Below, piece by piece: positions 52,062 to 62,996 of a stretch of DNA of 64,000 nt. Each line of letters opens with the position of its first letter. Position 1 is the stretch's first letter. This DNA is from an uncultured Granulicella sp. (lineage in GTDB: Bacteria; Acidobacteriota; Terriglobia; Terriglobales; Acidobacteriaceae). Under the pieces are notes generated by a model that made no database searches, was not told where the DNA came from, and saw nothing but the letters and a program-made list of their open reading frames with translations. The position numbers were made by a program, and so were the translations under genes. The stretch is taken from positions 60,600 through 124,599 of the forward strand of contig OZ196157.1 of NCBI GenBank assembly GCA_964282835.1, given 5' to 3'.

Positions 52062-52643
52062 ATGCCAATACGTCTTCTTTGTGTCCTCTTCATGTGCTGT
52101 GCGTCGTCCGCTTGCGCTCAACAAGTCCCGGCGCCCTCGGTGAACCTGACAGGCGGACAGTTTGCTGGCCGTTCGTTCGCGCTCGTCATTCAATCCAGAG
52201 TGCTTACCACTGAGGGTGATTGGAAGCAAGGCAATCGTCTACGCGCCTTCGCCACCACTTATCCTGGCAGCTACATCGTCTTCACTGAAGAGGGTTCGCT
52301 TCGGCTATTCCAGGATTCTGCTGCCGTTTCGGAAGTAGCTCAGCTTTACAGCGTGTTGCAGGACCTCGGCGAGCGACAAGTCTTGCTCGGGGCAAAGCAG
52401 ACCCCGCTATTGCAACGGCAGAATGACCTTGCCAAACAAATGAAGCTCGCATCATCCTCTGAAGAGATGCAACGCATAGGGGCAGAAGAAGGGCGGCTTG
52501 GAGCCCAGCAGGGTGAAATTGGTCGTGAGCAAGGCGAAGTCGGCAGGAAACAGGGCGTAGCTGGAAGAGCCTTTTATAACCGAGTTCAAAAGCTACTAAG
52601 TCTTTGTCTCAGTGAGCATTCGTGCAAGCCGGCCATACCATAG
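52062..52643 (+). CDS. Hypothetical secreted protein with Gln/Gly-rich coiled repeat tail
   Basis: Start at MPIRLLCVLFMCCASSACAQQ. Tail EMQRIGAEEGRLGAQQGEIGREQGEVGRKQGVAG. It resembles domains I recall downstream of BlaR1/M56-like proteins in acidobacteria; this is from memory and unverified. Confidence 0.5.
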   Translation: MPIRLLCVLFMCCASSACAQQVPAPSVNLTGGQFAGRSFALVIQSRVLTTEGDWKQGNRLRAFATTYPGSYIVFTEEGSLRLFQDSAAVSEVAQLYSVLQDLGERQVLLGAKQTPLLQRQNDLAKQMKLASSSEEMQRIGAEEGRLGAQQGEIGREQGEVGRKQGVAGRAFYNRVQKLLSLCLSEHSCKPAIP

Positions 52644-52813
52644 CCGAACAACAATCGTTTCCGGGCAACCGGTATCGTCAACGACAAACGCCGTACGAAC
52701 CAGTAAGCCACCCCCGCCTCGAACTGCAGCAGACCGGCGAACTTACAATGCTGCGACATAGGAGGACCCAATACATAAGATTCGGGAGTCTATCGCGCCT
52801 TTAGCTTGCCCAC

Positions 52814-55460
52814 TTAGTGCGCCACTGTCAGCATCGCTGCCGTCCCATCGTTCACCGTTATGGTATAGACCCCATTAACCGGCATGACCTGCGTAGACAC
52901 TGCGGGTCCGGTAAGTTCTCCATTGCTCGTCCCGTCAAACGTCTGCCCGCCAATCGTGATGCCGCTGGTTGCACTCAGGCTCGGTGCCGTCAACGTCGTC
53001 AGCGTTCCAGGCTTCCCATAGCTTCCCAGATTCAGCACTACCGTTTTCGACTGAGCCGGTCCGTCCAGATCCTTTTCGAGCACCGCCACACGCAGGGTTC
53101 CCGCCGCATCCAGCGTCGCCCAGACCTTCACGTTGCCTGCGGTCTGCGTGATCGCCACAGGTAGAGGACTGGCACCGTTCTGAATCGCCTGCGCCAGAAA
53201 CAGCACACCATAGAACGGTGCGTATACGCTTAGAATGCCATTGTTGTTGTAGCCGATGTCATACGGCAGCGGCCCTGTCGAGGTTGTGCCGTTCGAGTGA
53301 AGATTGAACCCGGCCGCTCCTCCCGCTTTGGACTCAAACGCCATGTCCACCACCCACAACGCGGCAGCCATAGTATCGCTTACGCCGGCAAAGCCCCCAC
53401 AGGCGACCGAATTCACCTCACCCACACGCACCGGCACCGGACTCAGGGTCTTGACCAGCGCGCTGTAACGCGAAAAGTATCTGGCTGTGGACAGATCCTC
53501 CATCAGCTGCGGGATGGTCGGCGTGTTGCTGCAGGCCGTCAGCGCATACAGATGCGCCGTAAAGGTGGAGATTTGTCCCTGCAACTGCGTCATCATTGCA
53601 GGCACGCCGGGGTCCCAGACGCGTCCTGCCTCGGCGGAGACCACCAGTTGCGGTGCCGTGAGGTATGGCGCGAACGTCGTCTGGTAACCGGCGGTCTCCG
53701 TCAGAAAGTCTGTATAGGTCCAGTTCGACGGCCGATAGCCGTTCCTTACGTACAGGTCCGGCTCGTTGTCGAGCTCCACTCCTTGCAGCTGCGCGCTGCC
53801 CACAGCCGCGGTCACCTGCGCTACATCCGCGGCATACAAGGCAGGATTGTATTCGGACGGAGTGGTAAGAAAGAAGCTCGGCTTGGTCGTCACACCGCCG
53901 GCGGTAAAGGTCGCCCCGTTCGTCAGCGCACCCAGTTCGGCCACCGTTGAGGCCGTCAACCCGGACCGTATGCTCGGCGAGCCTACATACTGCTGGAGGT
54001 TTGCCAGCAGGTTGAGGAAACTGGGGTACGTGGTCGCATCCGTGCCCGTGAACTCCTCAAGCGTCGTCGGCGGCAGAGAGAACCCAATAAAGTACGGCGG
54101 GAACGCCGTGCCGGGTGCCGCAGGGTTGACTGTTGCCGCAACCACGTTCGTCGGCGCGGTGGTCAGGACAATGGCATTCTGATGAGTCTGCGCACCGGCC
54201 GTCGCAGTGACGGTGAACGGGGCCGTGCCACTGCCCAGTGGCGATGTTCCCGTCAACTTCACCTCTCCTGAGCCGAGCCCGTCCGGCGACAGACTCACCG
54301 AGAAGCTGGACGGGCTGGCCGTAACGCCAGGCGGCAAGCCGCTCACCTGGATGTTCACCGGCCCCTCGTACCCGCCGACGCCGTAGGTAATGGCATCGAA
54401 GACTGCCGAGCCGCCGGGCGACACGCTTAGGCTGGCTGGCGTCGACAGCGCAATATCCTGGAGCTCCGAGCCCACGTTTACCGACACCGGCAGCGTGTGC
54501 GTCGCCGTGTTCGATGAGGTCAGCACGGTAAGCACACCATTGCCCGGGGTCAACCCGGCCGACGCCGCCGTGACCGTCACCGGAACCGCCGTTCCCAGCG
54601 GCAACGCAAAGCTCGCGGGCGACACGGAGACACCCGGAGGCAAGCCGCTCAATGAGCCCATCACGGCTCCGCTAAAGCCGTTCACCGCCGTTGCCGTAAC
54701 TGTCATCGTCTGCGTGGAGCCCGGCACGATGCTCAGCGCTGGTGTCGAGGTGGTAAGGGTGTAGTCGGGCGTCGTTCCCGTCGTCAGGGTCACCTGCGCC
54801 GTGTGCGTCAGGCTGCCGGAGGTCGCCGTTACCGTGAAAGGCGTAAGGCCCGAGGGCACGGTCGCGGCCGCGCTGAGGCCGACCGTCGTCGGAACGCCCG
54901 GGTTCACGGCATAGCTGGTACGCGTCTGCGTCACCCCGCCGGGAAGTCCGCTCACCGTCACCGTGACCGGCCCACTGAAGCCGTTCAGCGCTCCCACCGT
55001 AACGTTTAAGGTGGTGCTTGCTCCTCCAGCCAAGGCAAGGCTCTGCGGACTCGCACTCAGGCTGAAGTCCGCTGCCGGTGTAATCGACGCCGTCGTCGCG
55101 GCGGCCGGCGATGGAAGTCCTGCCGTGTCCGTAACCGTCAGGGACACATTGTAGGAGCCCGCCGCCGTATAAACATGGGTAGGGCCCGGGCCTGTTCCGC
55201 TGGTGCCGTCGCCAAAGCTCCACGCGAAGCTCAGCGCCTGCCCCTGAGGATCGCTTGATGCCTTCCCATTGAAGCTTACCGCCGTACCCGCCTGCCCTGT
55301 GTACGGACCGCCAACGTTCGCCGTGGGCGCCTTGATATATGGCGTGGCCACGCTACCTGTTCCTCCTTTTGCGCAGCCAAACAAGGATAGGAGTGATACG
55401 GCCAGGCAGACAAGCGTAGCCGTAAAGCCACAACTCCGGTGAAGCTTGGTTCGACGCACG
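52814..55460 (-). CDS. GH79-like glycoside hydrolase lipoprotein with PKD domain and three Ig-like repeats
   Basis: A GTG start at 55460 gives VRRTKLHRSCGFTATLVCLAVSLLSLFGC (lipobox); the listed ORF extends to 55597. PKD-like FSFGDGTSGTGPGPTHVYTAAGSYNVSLTVTD. Three ~100-aa repeats (..NGFSGPVTVTVSGLPGGVT.., ..NGFSGAVMGSLSGLPPGVS.., ..GGYEGPVNIQVSGLPPGVT..). Catalytic part LQGVELDNEPDLY and VGEVNSVACGGFAGVSDTMAAALWVVD. Confidence 0.65.
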
Positions 55461-55665
55461 TCGTTTCCCCTTTTATGTCCGAAGGCTTTTAGGCTTTTTC
55501 GGTTTAGCTCCGACCCACGTTTGGCGTTCACCAGAACTGTTGTGCCCCTGTACCGGATCTCGCTGGAACAGCGGCGGTACGCTCCTGCGACAACCAACTT
55601 AGGGCGGGCTGCGGTGCGCCGGCTTGCCTACGAAGCGTCTCACTGTGGCTCCTCAGCAACGTGCG

Positions 55666-56601
55666 CTAACGGGGATCGGCCGGGTCGTCGTAAACGCTCT
55701 TCACAAAGGTGGCTGCGTTGGTGTCCGGCCAGTCGGGATGTTGCTTCCTAAGGGTGGCGTTGATTTCTTTTGCAGCAGCATCGACCGAGACGCCCTGGCG
55801 CTTCAATGCAAGGGCTTGCGTGCGGATCGAGCCGATCAACTCCCGCTCTGAAGCAACGAGAGATCCATCGCCCGGTGCGCTATGATCCGGCAACACGTGC
55901 GCCACGTTCAGCATGGCTACCTTGTCCAGCGTGGCCAGCCACTCCGTAGGTGTACCGTCCTGGCCAAAGATGTTCGGCATGGTCTTGTTCTGCACCACAT
56001 CGCCCGCAATCAAGGTACGGTCCGGCTCGACCAGGGTCAGCTCGTCTCCTTTGGTATGGGCGCCACCGAGCCAGAGCAGACGCGCCGTCACACCACCGCC
56101 GAGATCGAGCGAGGCTTCGTCATCAAAAAGAACATCCGGCGAGCGCAAGACGACACCCGCAAGCAGCCCTTTGTTCTGCGCCGACATGCCGCTGAAGAGA
56201 TCGGTGAGCACCTGCCCGTCCTTCTCCAGTTCCTGCTGCTGCACCGTGTTGCGGATCAGGATGGTGCCAGGAGGGAAGCCGGGCTCGCCGGTGACATGCT
56301 CCGTATGGTAGTGCGTTGTTGTCAGGAACAGCCTGGAATTATTCGGCGCGAGCCTGGCAACGACGCGGGCAACCCTGGCTCCATTCTCTGGCCCCATCCC
56401 TGTATCGACGACGAGCGTCGCACGGGTGCCGACGACAATCGCAACGTTCGGGAAACCCGTCATCTGCCACACATGCTCGGAGACCTTTGTCGTAGTCTCG
56501 CTCAATATCGGCTGGTTCGAATACGGAACGTGGGGTGGGGCCTGACCGGCTGCCGATAGGACGAGCAAGGATAGAAGGGCAAACAGCAGCTTCTGTGTCA
56601 T
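55666..56601 (-). CDS. MBL-fold metallo-hydrolase (secreted)
   Basis: Start at MTQKLLFALLSLLVLSAAGQA. Metal motif TTHYHTEHVTG (HxHxDH variant) and a later GGAHTKGD. Confidence 0.7.
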   Translation of the reverse strand: MTQKLLFALLSLLVLSAAGQAPPHVPYSNQPILSETTTKVSEHVWQMTGFPNVAIVVGTRATLVVDTGMGPENGARVARVVARLAPNNSRLFLTTTHYHTEHVTGEPGFPPGTILIRNTVQQQELEKDGQVLTDLFSGMSAQNKGLLAGVVLRSPDVLFDDEASLDLGGGVTARLLWLGGAHTKGDELTLVEPDRTLIAGDVVQNKTMPNIFGQDGTPTEWLATLDKVAMLNVAHVLPDHSAPGDGSLVASERELIGSIRTQALALKRQGVSVDAAAKEINATLRKQHPDWPDTNAATFVKSVYDDPADPR

Positions 56602-56876
56602 ATCGTTCTTCTCCATTGAAGCCGCTACGCGGTCTATCTGGGCCGCCACTGCAATTTGAAGCGAGACTTCACTCGATGGGCAAGTCTATTCCGTTGTCTA
56701 CATACTAATCGTTCTAGCGGCCAATTCTGCAATTACAAGATGAGTGCAAACGACTGGTTGACCTCCCGAGTCCGCGAAAGGGCAATGAAGGGCCGTGCGG
56801 AGGCACGAGGGCGATCATCGCGGGTTGACACTGTCAACATGACGCGTGTACGGTGTCAACCAAGGAGTCAAAACCA

Positions 56877-57842
56877 ATGCGTACTACACTCATCACGGGC
56901 GGACACGCAGGATTGGGCCTTGAGGCGGCAACGCGCCTCGCAGGGAGGGGGGAAAACCTTGTGCTTGCCGGAAGAGATCTCGCAAGGGTCGATGAAGCGG
57001 CCTCAAACTTGCGCAAACGTTTCACCGTGCAGGTGATCACGGTGCAACTAAACCTGGCTTCCCTTACCTCGGTCCGTTCCGCCGCGCTACACGTCCGGCA
57101 GTTGGTTGCTGAAGGTCACATCCAACGCCTCGATGCGTTGCTCTGCAACGCTGGCGCACAATTCCAAGGACCAATCTCATACAGCAAAGAAGGGTACGAG
57201 GAGACGTTCGCCACCAACCATCTCGGCCATTTCCTTCTGGTAAATCTGCTACTCGATACTCTGACAGAGAACGGCAGAGTTGTGTTCACGGCGAGCGGTA
57301 CCCACGATCCTGAGACGATGGATGGCAAGATGGTCGGTAAGGCTGTCGAGCCTGACGCACGCGCCCTGGCGAACGACGGAAAGTATGGAACAAAGCCCAT
57401 CTCAGGCGGAACACGCTATGCGACATCGAAGCTTTGCAACATTCTATTCGCCTATGAACTCACCCGCCGACTCAAACGCAACCACAGCCATCTCGAGTCG
57501 ATCGCCTTCGATCCGGGCCTGATACCAGAAACCGGCCTGATGCGGACGGCGCCCGCGTTTGCTGCAAGGCTCATGCAAACGAACCTGGCAAAGTGGCTGC
57601 TGCGAAAGCTTGGAGTTACCATGGGCAGCCTTGCTTACTCAGGCGACGCTTTGGCTCGGATTGCGGTCGACCCACACTTTGCGGAGGCCACAGGCCAGTA
57701 CCTGCAGTCGAACAATGGGTCGCTGATGGAGGCACGTTCTTCCAAGGCCTCTTACGATGAAAGTAAGGCCGCTAAGCTCTGGAAGGACTCAGAGGCGCTG
57801 GTGCATCTGCAGCCCGAAGAGCTGCCGGAAATGCTGCGATGA
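56877..57842 (+). CDS. SDR-family oxidoreductase
   Basis: Start at MRTTLITGGHAGLGLEAA (TGxxxGxG). Catalytic YATSKLCN (YxxxK). Confidence 0.75.
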   Translation: MRTTLITGGHAGLGLEAATRLAGRGENLVLAGRDLARVDEAASNLRKRFTVQVITVQLNLASLTSVRSAALHVRQLVAEGHIQRLDALLCNAGAQFQGPISYSKEGYEETFATNHLGHFLLVNLLLDTLTENGRVVFTASGTHDPETMDGKMVGKAVEPDARALANDGKYGTKPISGGTRYATSKLCNILFAYELTRRLKRNHSHLESIAFDPGLIPETGLMRTAPAFAARLMQTNLAKWLLRKLGVTMGSLAYSGDALARIAVDPHFAEATGQYLQSNNGSLMEARSSKASYDESKAAKLWKDSEALVHLQPEELPEMLR

Positions 57843-58414
57843 AGACTAGTGAACGCCTTGTCGAGTCGGCAGCTGCACTCATCGATTCTGGAGGAGCTGC
57901 AGCTGTTACGCTTCGCGCTGTAGGGCAGGCGAGCGGCGTCTCGCACAATGCACCCTACAAACATTTTCTAAACCGCGATGCCTTGTTGGGCGCAGTCGCG
58001 ATACAAGACTTTCAAAAGCTGGCAGCTATGTTTACTGCCGTCGCGCAGGAGCGAGCCAGGCCCTTGACCAGACTCAAACGAGCCTTGCAGGCGTTTTCAG
58101 AATACGGCCGCAACTATCCCAATCGATACCAGCTACTCTTCAGTGATCCCGATATCGCCAAGCAGGGAGGGGATTTGCAGAAGGCGGCGCTGGCCTCCTT
58201 CTCCGCATTCGCTCTTCTGGTCGCCGACTGCCAGCGGGCGGGAGTCTTGCCTGCGGTTCCCACCCCGGCACTGGCCGGATTGCTTTACGCCTCGGTCCAC
58301 GGATTGATCGATCTCCAGGCAAGCGGGCGTATGAAGACTGAAAAAGGCTTTATGAACGTAAGCCAAGGTATCGCTCTCCTGCTCCATGTACTCGCCAAAG
58401 AAAGCAAGAGGTGA
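57839..58414 (+). CDS. TetR/AcrR-family transcriptional regulator
   Basis: ATGA overlap with the SDR gene. HTH LVESAAALIDSGGAAAVTLRAVGQASGVSHNAPYKHFLNRDALL. Confidence 0.8.
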   Translation: MKTSERLVESAAALIDSGGAAAVTLRAVGQASGVSHNAPYKHFLNRDALLGAVAIQDFQKLAAMFTAVAQERARPLTRLKRALQAFSEYGRNYPNRYQLLFSDPDIAKQGGDLQKAALASFSAFALLVADCQRAGVLPAVPTPALAGLLYASVHGLIDLQASGRMKTEKGFMNVSQGIALLLHVLAKESKR

Positions 58415-58418
58415 CGCA

Positions 58419-58886
58419 ATGACGATGGAAGAGCTTGCACGGCTGGCCGCTGCAGAGCGGATGATCTCAACTGCTTCGATACAGGCAACGCGTTCCGTCC
58501 AAATCGCTGCGCCGCTCAACAAGGTCTGGGGCATCCTGATCAAAGTATCCGACTGGGAGCGTTGGTATCCCTATTTGGAGCAGGCAACGCTGGAGGGTCC
58601 GTTTGCTGCAGAAACAAAACTGACCTACGGAAAGCTGGTCAAGCATAAGCTCCGCATCGCAAAAGTGGTAGATGGAATGCTAGTGATGCTCTACGGCACA
58701 ATGGTGGGCTACAAGGGAATTACTCGCTGGGACGTAAGAGCGATGAGCGGAGACCAGACAGAGGTGTCTTTCACGGAGTCTTCTTCCGGTTTTTTGATCG
58801 GGACTTTGTATAGCAACACCAAGCTTGGCGAACACCTGCAGCAATGGCTGTACGCTCTCAAGACCGAAGCAGAGCGTTTATTGTGA
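58419..58886 (+). CDS. SRPBCC-family (polyketide cyclase/START-like) protein
   Basis: SVQIAAPLNKVWGILIKVSDWERWYPYLEQATLEG. About 155 aa. The start could be 58386. Confidence 0.55.
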   Translation: MTMEELARLAAAERMISTASIQATRSVQIAAPLNKVWGILIKVSDWERWYPYLEQATLEGPFAAETKLTYGKLVKHKLRIAKVVDGMLVMLYGTMVGYKGITRWDVRAMSGDQTEVSFTESSSGFLIGTLYSNTKLGEHLQQWLYALKTEAERLL

Positions 58887-59172
58887 CTGTCTGAGCGCAT
58901 CGCCTACTCTGCCTCCCTGCCGCCCTCGGGAACGCCCTTGAAAAAGTCCCTGACCACACCCCACAAGGCTGGCCGCCGCGCTGAAAGAGAGCGCGGTTCG
59001 AAGAAACGGTGCCTCGTATAAAGCGGGCCCTGGCACCTGAGCTCCTGAACGACACCTGCGGGAGAGCGACTGCGTGCTGCCTACAATCATACGTTCAGAG
59101 CGATGCAGAGGTGCCCTCAGCGGCCGGACGCTTTCGAGTGCGGCATCGCTGGCAAGGGCTTCCATGTTGGCT

Positions 59173-59823
59173 TCAACGCCGCCCTGTAACCGCAATCAGC
59201 GGATCGCTCGCGGAGCCGTCTCGCAGCACCTCTGCGCTGACCTCGCGAAAGCCGGCGCGCTCCAGGTAGAGTCGCACCAGAGCGGCATGTCCGCCGGCGT
59301 CGAGCGAGCGCCAGATGGCTACGGCCTTGGTCGGAAAGCAGCGATTGGAAAAGCTGACGATGAAGGGCGCGCCCGGACGCAGGACCCGCAGGATTTCGGT
59401 GAACACCTCCAGCGGGCGCTGGAGATACTGGACGCCGACACAGCACAGGGCGGCATCGCAGCTTTCGTGCTCGAGCGGCAGGATGGGGTTGCGGTTGAGA
59501 TCCTGCACGAAACTCCGGCTCAGCCGCGGGTTGGTTCTGAGCTCTTCGGCATTCATGCCCTGGCCGATCACCTCGGCAAAGGCCATCTCCGGCGGCAGAT
59601 GGCTCACCCAGCTCGACATCAAGTCCAGAACCACGCCACCAGCCGGCAGAGTTGCTCGATAGCAGGCGGTAAGGGCTTGCGTTGCCTGCTCGTCGATATG
59701 GGTGACCAGCCGGGCAGGCGCGTAGAAGTCGGCGTCATCGCCTGCGTCCTGCTTGTGGAAGGCTTCGGGCGGTAGGTCGGGCAGGCGATCGCTCCTCCCT
59801 GCCATAGATGTCCCATCCTTCAT
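59173..59823 (-). CDS. Class I SAM-dependent methyltransferase
   Basis: Motif I-like GGVVLDLMSSWVSHLP, then AALCCVGVQYLQRPLEVFTEILRVLRPGAPFIVSFSN (Methyltransf_11-like). Confidence 0.65.
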   Translation of the reverse strand: MKDGTSMAGRSDRLPDLPPEAFHKQDAGDDADFYAPARLVTHIDEQATQALTACYRATLPAGGVVLDLMSSWVSHLPPEMAFAEVIGQGMNAEELRTNPRLSRSFVQDLNRNPILPLEHESCDAALCCVGVQYLQRPLEVFTEILRVLRPGAPFIVSFSNRCFPTKAVAIWRSLDAGGHAALVRLYLERAGFREVSAEVLRDGSASDPLIAVTGRR

Positions 59824-59876
59824 AGAACCTCATTCCTGCTACCAGGGAATCCTGATCAAAGGCTTCGTTTTGAAAG

Positions 59877-59895
59877 GGCGGGGCTTCAGCCCGCC
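59877..59895 (-). terminator. Hairpin downstream of the UPF0182 gene (weak terminator candidate)
   Basis: GGCGGG-gcttcag-CCCGCC. On the minus strand it is followed by CTTTCAAAAC. A second small hairpin, GCGGC-ttta-GCCGC, lies at 59917-59930. Confidence 0.35.
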
Positions 59896-59979
59896 GTAAG
59901 TCCAATCGAAAGAGTGCGGCTTTAGCCGCCGAGGGAATGTCCAGGACTTGATCAGACCTTCCCCAGAGCGCGACTGAAC

Positions 59980-62868
59980 TCACTTCGGGTGCGCGTTGAG
60001 GCGGTCGAGGGTTTGTTTCAGGGCATCCAGCTTCTGGCCGGCTTCGGAGAGTTTGCCGGCGGCGGTCAGGCGCTGGTAGTCGGCGAAGTCCTGGCTGGCT
60101 TGCTGGATGAGGGTGGCGGTATCTTGCTGGCCGGCAAGGGGTACTGGGGTGCCGGATACCGGGGTGCCTGAGGGTGGGGTCTGGGTTGGAGGCGTCGGCG
60201 TGGAGGTGTAAGTGGCGGTCAGGCTGCTTGGCTGGTCGGCGAAAAGGCTGGTCAAGGCAGCCTGAAAAGTTGGGCCGTAGGCCAGCCGATCCTGCAGGGC
60301 CAGGACGACCAGACGAAGCTCGGGCATGGGCGATTGCTGGGCCTGCAGGTAGATGGGCTCGGCATAGAGGAGAGCCCGGCCGGTGGGTATGACGAGCAGG
60401 TTGCCGCGCAGCACATGGGAGCCCTGCTGGTTCCACAGCGTGAGCTGGCCGGAGAGCTGCGCGTTCTGGTCGATGCGCGCTTCGATCTGCTGCGGGCCGT
60501 CGACCAGGCGCGTCTTGGGGAAGTCGTAGACGACCGTTTCGCCGTAGTGAGGCGCGTCCGAACGCGCGGCGATCCAGCCGATAAGGTTGTTGCGGTTGGC
60601 GGGAGTGAAAGGGAGGATCTCGACGAATTCTTCCTGATTTCGAGCCGCGGCACTGTTCGGCTCAGCAGAGGCACCGGCAGCCTGCTCGGGAAGCTTCATG
60701 AGGACGAAGTTTGGCTTCATGGGGGTGACGGCCTGCTGGCCGGTTTCGTCGGAGGTGGATTGGGTCGCAACGGTCCAGAGGTCCTCGCGGTTGAAGAAAA
60801 CTTCCGGATTGGTCATGTGGTACAGCCCGTAGAGCTGGGCCTGGATGCGGAGCAGGGCCTCGGGGTAGCGCACGTGGGTGCGAAGGTCCGCGGGCATCTC
60901 GGACGCGGGCCGGAAAAGGGAGGGGAAAACGCGCTGCCAGGTGGCGACGATGGGGTCGGACGGGTCGAAGACGTAGAAGGTCGTGGTGCCATTGTAGGCG
61001 TCGACCACTACCTTGACGGAATTGCGGATGTAGTTCAGCTCGCCGTCGGCCATGGTGGCGTGGGTGCTGTCGGGATACGAATCAGAGGAGGTAAAGGCGT
61101 CGAGGATCCAGGAGAGACGGCCGTCGGCCCCGACAACGATGTAGGGGTCGGGATCGAAGGTGAGAAAGGGGGCTAGGCGGGCCACGCGCTCGCGGATGTT
61201 GCGATGCATGAGCAGGCGTGAAGAGGCCGAGATGTCGTCCGAGAAGGGCATCTTGCCGAGATCGTTGCGATCGTAGGCCAGGGCGATGCGGCGAGGCAGT
61301 GAGCCGAGCGGAATGCCGCCCGTGCCCTGGTAGGAGGTGAGATTGTTGGACTGGCCCTGGGGGTAGTCGAACTCCTGCTGGCGGGTTTTTACGTAGACGT
61401 CGGTATCGGTAAGCTCGCCGAAGTAGATTTCAGGCCGCGTGACGTTGAGGCCCGGAACGGTGGATTGGACGGGCATGTTCGAGAGCAGCAGGTTGGGCAG
61501 GCCTTCGGAGGTAAAACCGTTGACGGGGTTCATGGTAATGCCGTAGCCGTGCGTGTAGATGAGCCGCTCGTTGATCCAGTTGCGGGAGGAGACGGGAAGC
61601 TTTTCCACGTTGAGCTCGCGCACGGCGAGCATGACCTGGCGCATGGTGCCATTGATGGGGTAACGGTCGATGTCGATGTCGGGGAAGTCGTAGTAGGTGC
61701 GGATTTCCTGCACCTGGCGGAGGGTGTCCTGGAGGGCGTGCCAGTCCCACAGGCGGATGTTCTGCAGAGTGGGCTGGTTATTGGCGGGGTCGGCGGCGGC
61801 TACGGTGGTTTCAGCCGGAAACTCCTGCTGGGTGAACTTGTCGAGCCCGTAGGCCTGGCGAGTGAGCTGGATGTTGTGGGTGATGAAGGGCTGCTCGCGG
61901 ACGAGCTCGTTAGGTTTGACGATGAAGTTGGCGGTGTAGGCCGAGACTACGCCGACACCGACAAAACAGAGCGCCGCCGGCACGATGGAGAAAGCAATGC
62001 GGCGCCCGGTGGAGGTGCCGAAGGCGTTGACGGCCGCATTGGCCGCGCCCAGCAGCAGCGCGAGCGCGATGAGCAGCTGGCCGGGGATGGTAATGTGGGC
62101 GTCGGTGTAGGTAGCGCCGTCGAAGATGGTGTGGTGGTCGAGCAAGGTGGTGTAGCGAGAGACAAACACATTCAGGGCGAGCACGGCAAGGAGGAAAGCT
62201 ACGGTAAGCGAAAGGCCGCGCCAGGGGCTTGGACCGTAACGGAGGGATTGCTTGTTGAGCGCGCGAGCGCCGCTGGTAAGCACAAGGAACAGGATGGCTA
62301 CGCCCACGGTAGCGAAAGCAAGCACGAGAAGCCAGTCTTCGATGACCTGGAGCGCGGGAAGGGTAAAGAGGAAGAAGTTGACGGGGCGAGCAAAAATTGG
62401 ATCAAGAGGGGAGCCCGGGGTGGCGTGTGGGGCGTACCAGAAGAGCGCGAAGGTAGGCCACTCGGCAAGCATGTTAAGGCCGGCAACGAGGGACACGAAT
62501 GCGGCTACGAGGAAGGAGATGATGCGGAGCGCAGGGCCGACGGAGAAGCGGATGGGGCGGCCGCCGACGACGAGGTCATGCGCCGTGGGAAAGTCCGCGG
62601 CGTGCGAGCGGCGGATGATGGTGAAGGCGGTGTAGAGGAGCGCGAAGGTGAGCAGGGTGAAGAGCAGGAAGTCGCCGACCTCAAGCGCCAGGGTGCGGGT
62701 GAACACCTGGCCGAAGCCAAGCGAGCGGAACCAGAGGAGGTCCACCCAGGTGGAGAGCAGGATGCGGAACGCAATGAAAAGAGCAAACAGAAACGCGCCG
62801 GCGAAGAGGAGAGTGCGGCGCCCGAAGAAGCCGGCGGTGCGGTGGTCTGATTCGATGTAGTCGGGCAT
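59980..62868 (-). CDS. UPF0182-family large membrane protein
   Basis: Start at MPDYIESDHRTAGFFGRRTLLF. Seven N-terminal TM helices, then a large soluble part with ERLIYTHGYGITMNPVN, FDYPQGQ and VRYPEALLRIQAQLYGLYHMTNPEVFFNREDLW, which are characteristic of UPF0182. Confidence 0.75.
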   Translation of the reverse strand: MPDYIESDHRTAGFFGRRTLLFAGAFLFALFIAFRILLSTWVDLLWFRSLGFGQVFTRTLALEVGDFLLFTLLTFALLYTAFTIIRRSHAADFPTAHDLVVGGRPIRFSVGPALRIISFLVAAFVSLVAGLNMLAEWPTFALFWYAPHATPGSPLDPIFARPVNFFLFTLPALQVIEDWLLVLAFATVGVAILFLVLTSGARALNKQSLRYGPSPWRGLSLTVAFLLAVLALNVFVSRYTTLLDHHTIFDGATYTDAHITIPGQLLIALALLLGAANAAVNAFGTSTGRRIAFSIVPAALCFVGVGVVSAYTANFIVKPNELVREQPFITHNIQLTRQAYGLDKFTQQEFPAETTVAAADPANNQPTLQNIRLWDWHALQDTLRQVQEIRTYYDFPDIDIDRYPINGTMRQVMLAVRELNVEKLPVSSRNWINERLIYTHGYGITMNPVNGFTSEGLPNLLLSNMPVQSTVPGLNVTRPEIYFGELTDTDVYVKTRQQEFDYPQGQSNNLTSYQGTGGIPLGSLPRRIALAYDRNDLGKMPFSDDISASSRLLMHRNIRERVARLAPFLTFDPDPYIVVGADGRLSWILDAFTSSDSYPDSTHATMADGELNYIRNSVKVVVDAYNGTTTFYVFDPSDPIVATWQRVFPSLFRPASEMPADLRTHVRYPEALLRIQAQLYGLYHMTNPEVFFNREDLWTVATQSTSDETGQQAVTPMKPNFVLMKLPEQAAGASAEPNSAAARNQEEFVEILPFTPANRNNLIGWIAARSDAPHYGETVVYDFPKTRLVDGPQQIEARIDQNAQLSGQLTLWNQQGSHVLRGNLLVIPTGRALLYAEPIYLQAQQSPMPELRLVVLALQDRLAYGPTFQAALTSLFADQPSSLTATYTSTPTPPTQTPPSGTPVSGTPVPLAGQQDTATLIQQASQDFADYQRLTAAGKLSEAGQKLDALKQTLDRLNAHPK

Positions 62869-62996
62869 GGGTGACGCTCCACCCGTGTTGCAGAACACGG
62901 GTTAAAGCGATTGTACGGGGCGGGGCTCTGCCGGCAGAGCTTTTCATCGCCCGGTCCAGCAACGTAGTTGTGGCGTAGCAGGGCCTGCGCGTTCTT

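Noticed and set aside
59735-60436. A 233-aa minus-strand ORF overlapping the UPF0182 3' end and the methyltransferase 5' end. Also large + strand ORFs inside UPF0182 (61465-62850) and the second receptor gene (44912-46159).
   Set aside because: They are Pro/Arg/Gly-rich alternate-frame artefacts overlapping genes with clear family signatures.
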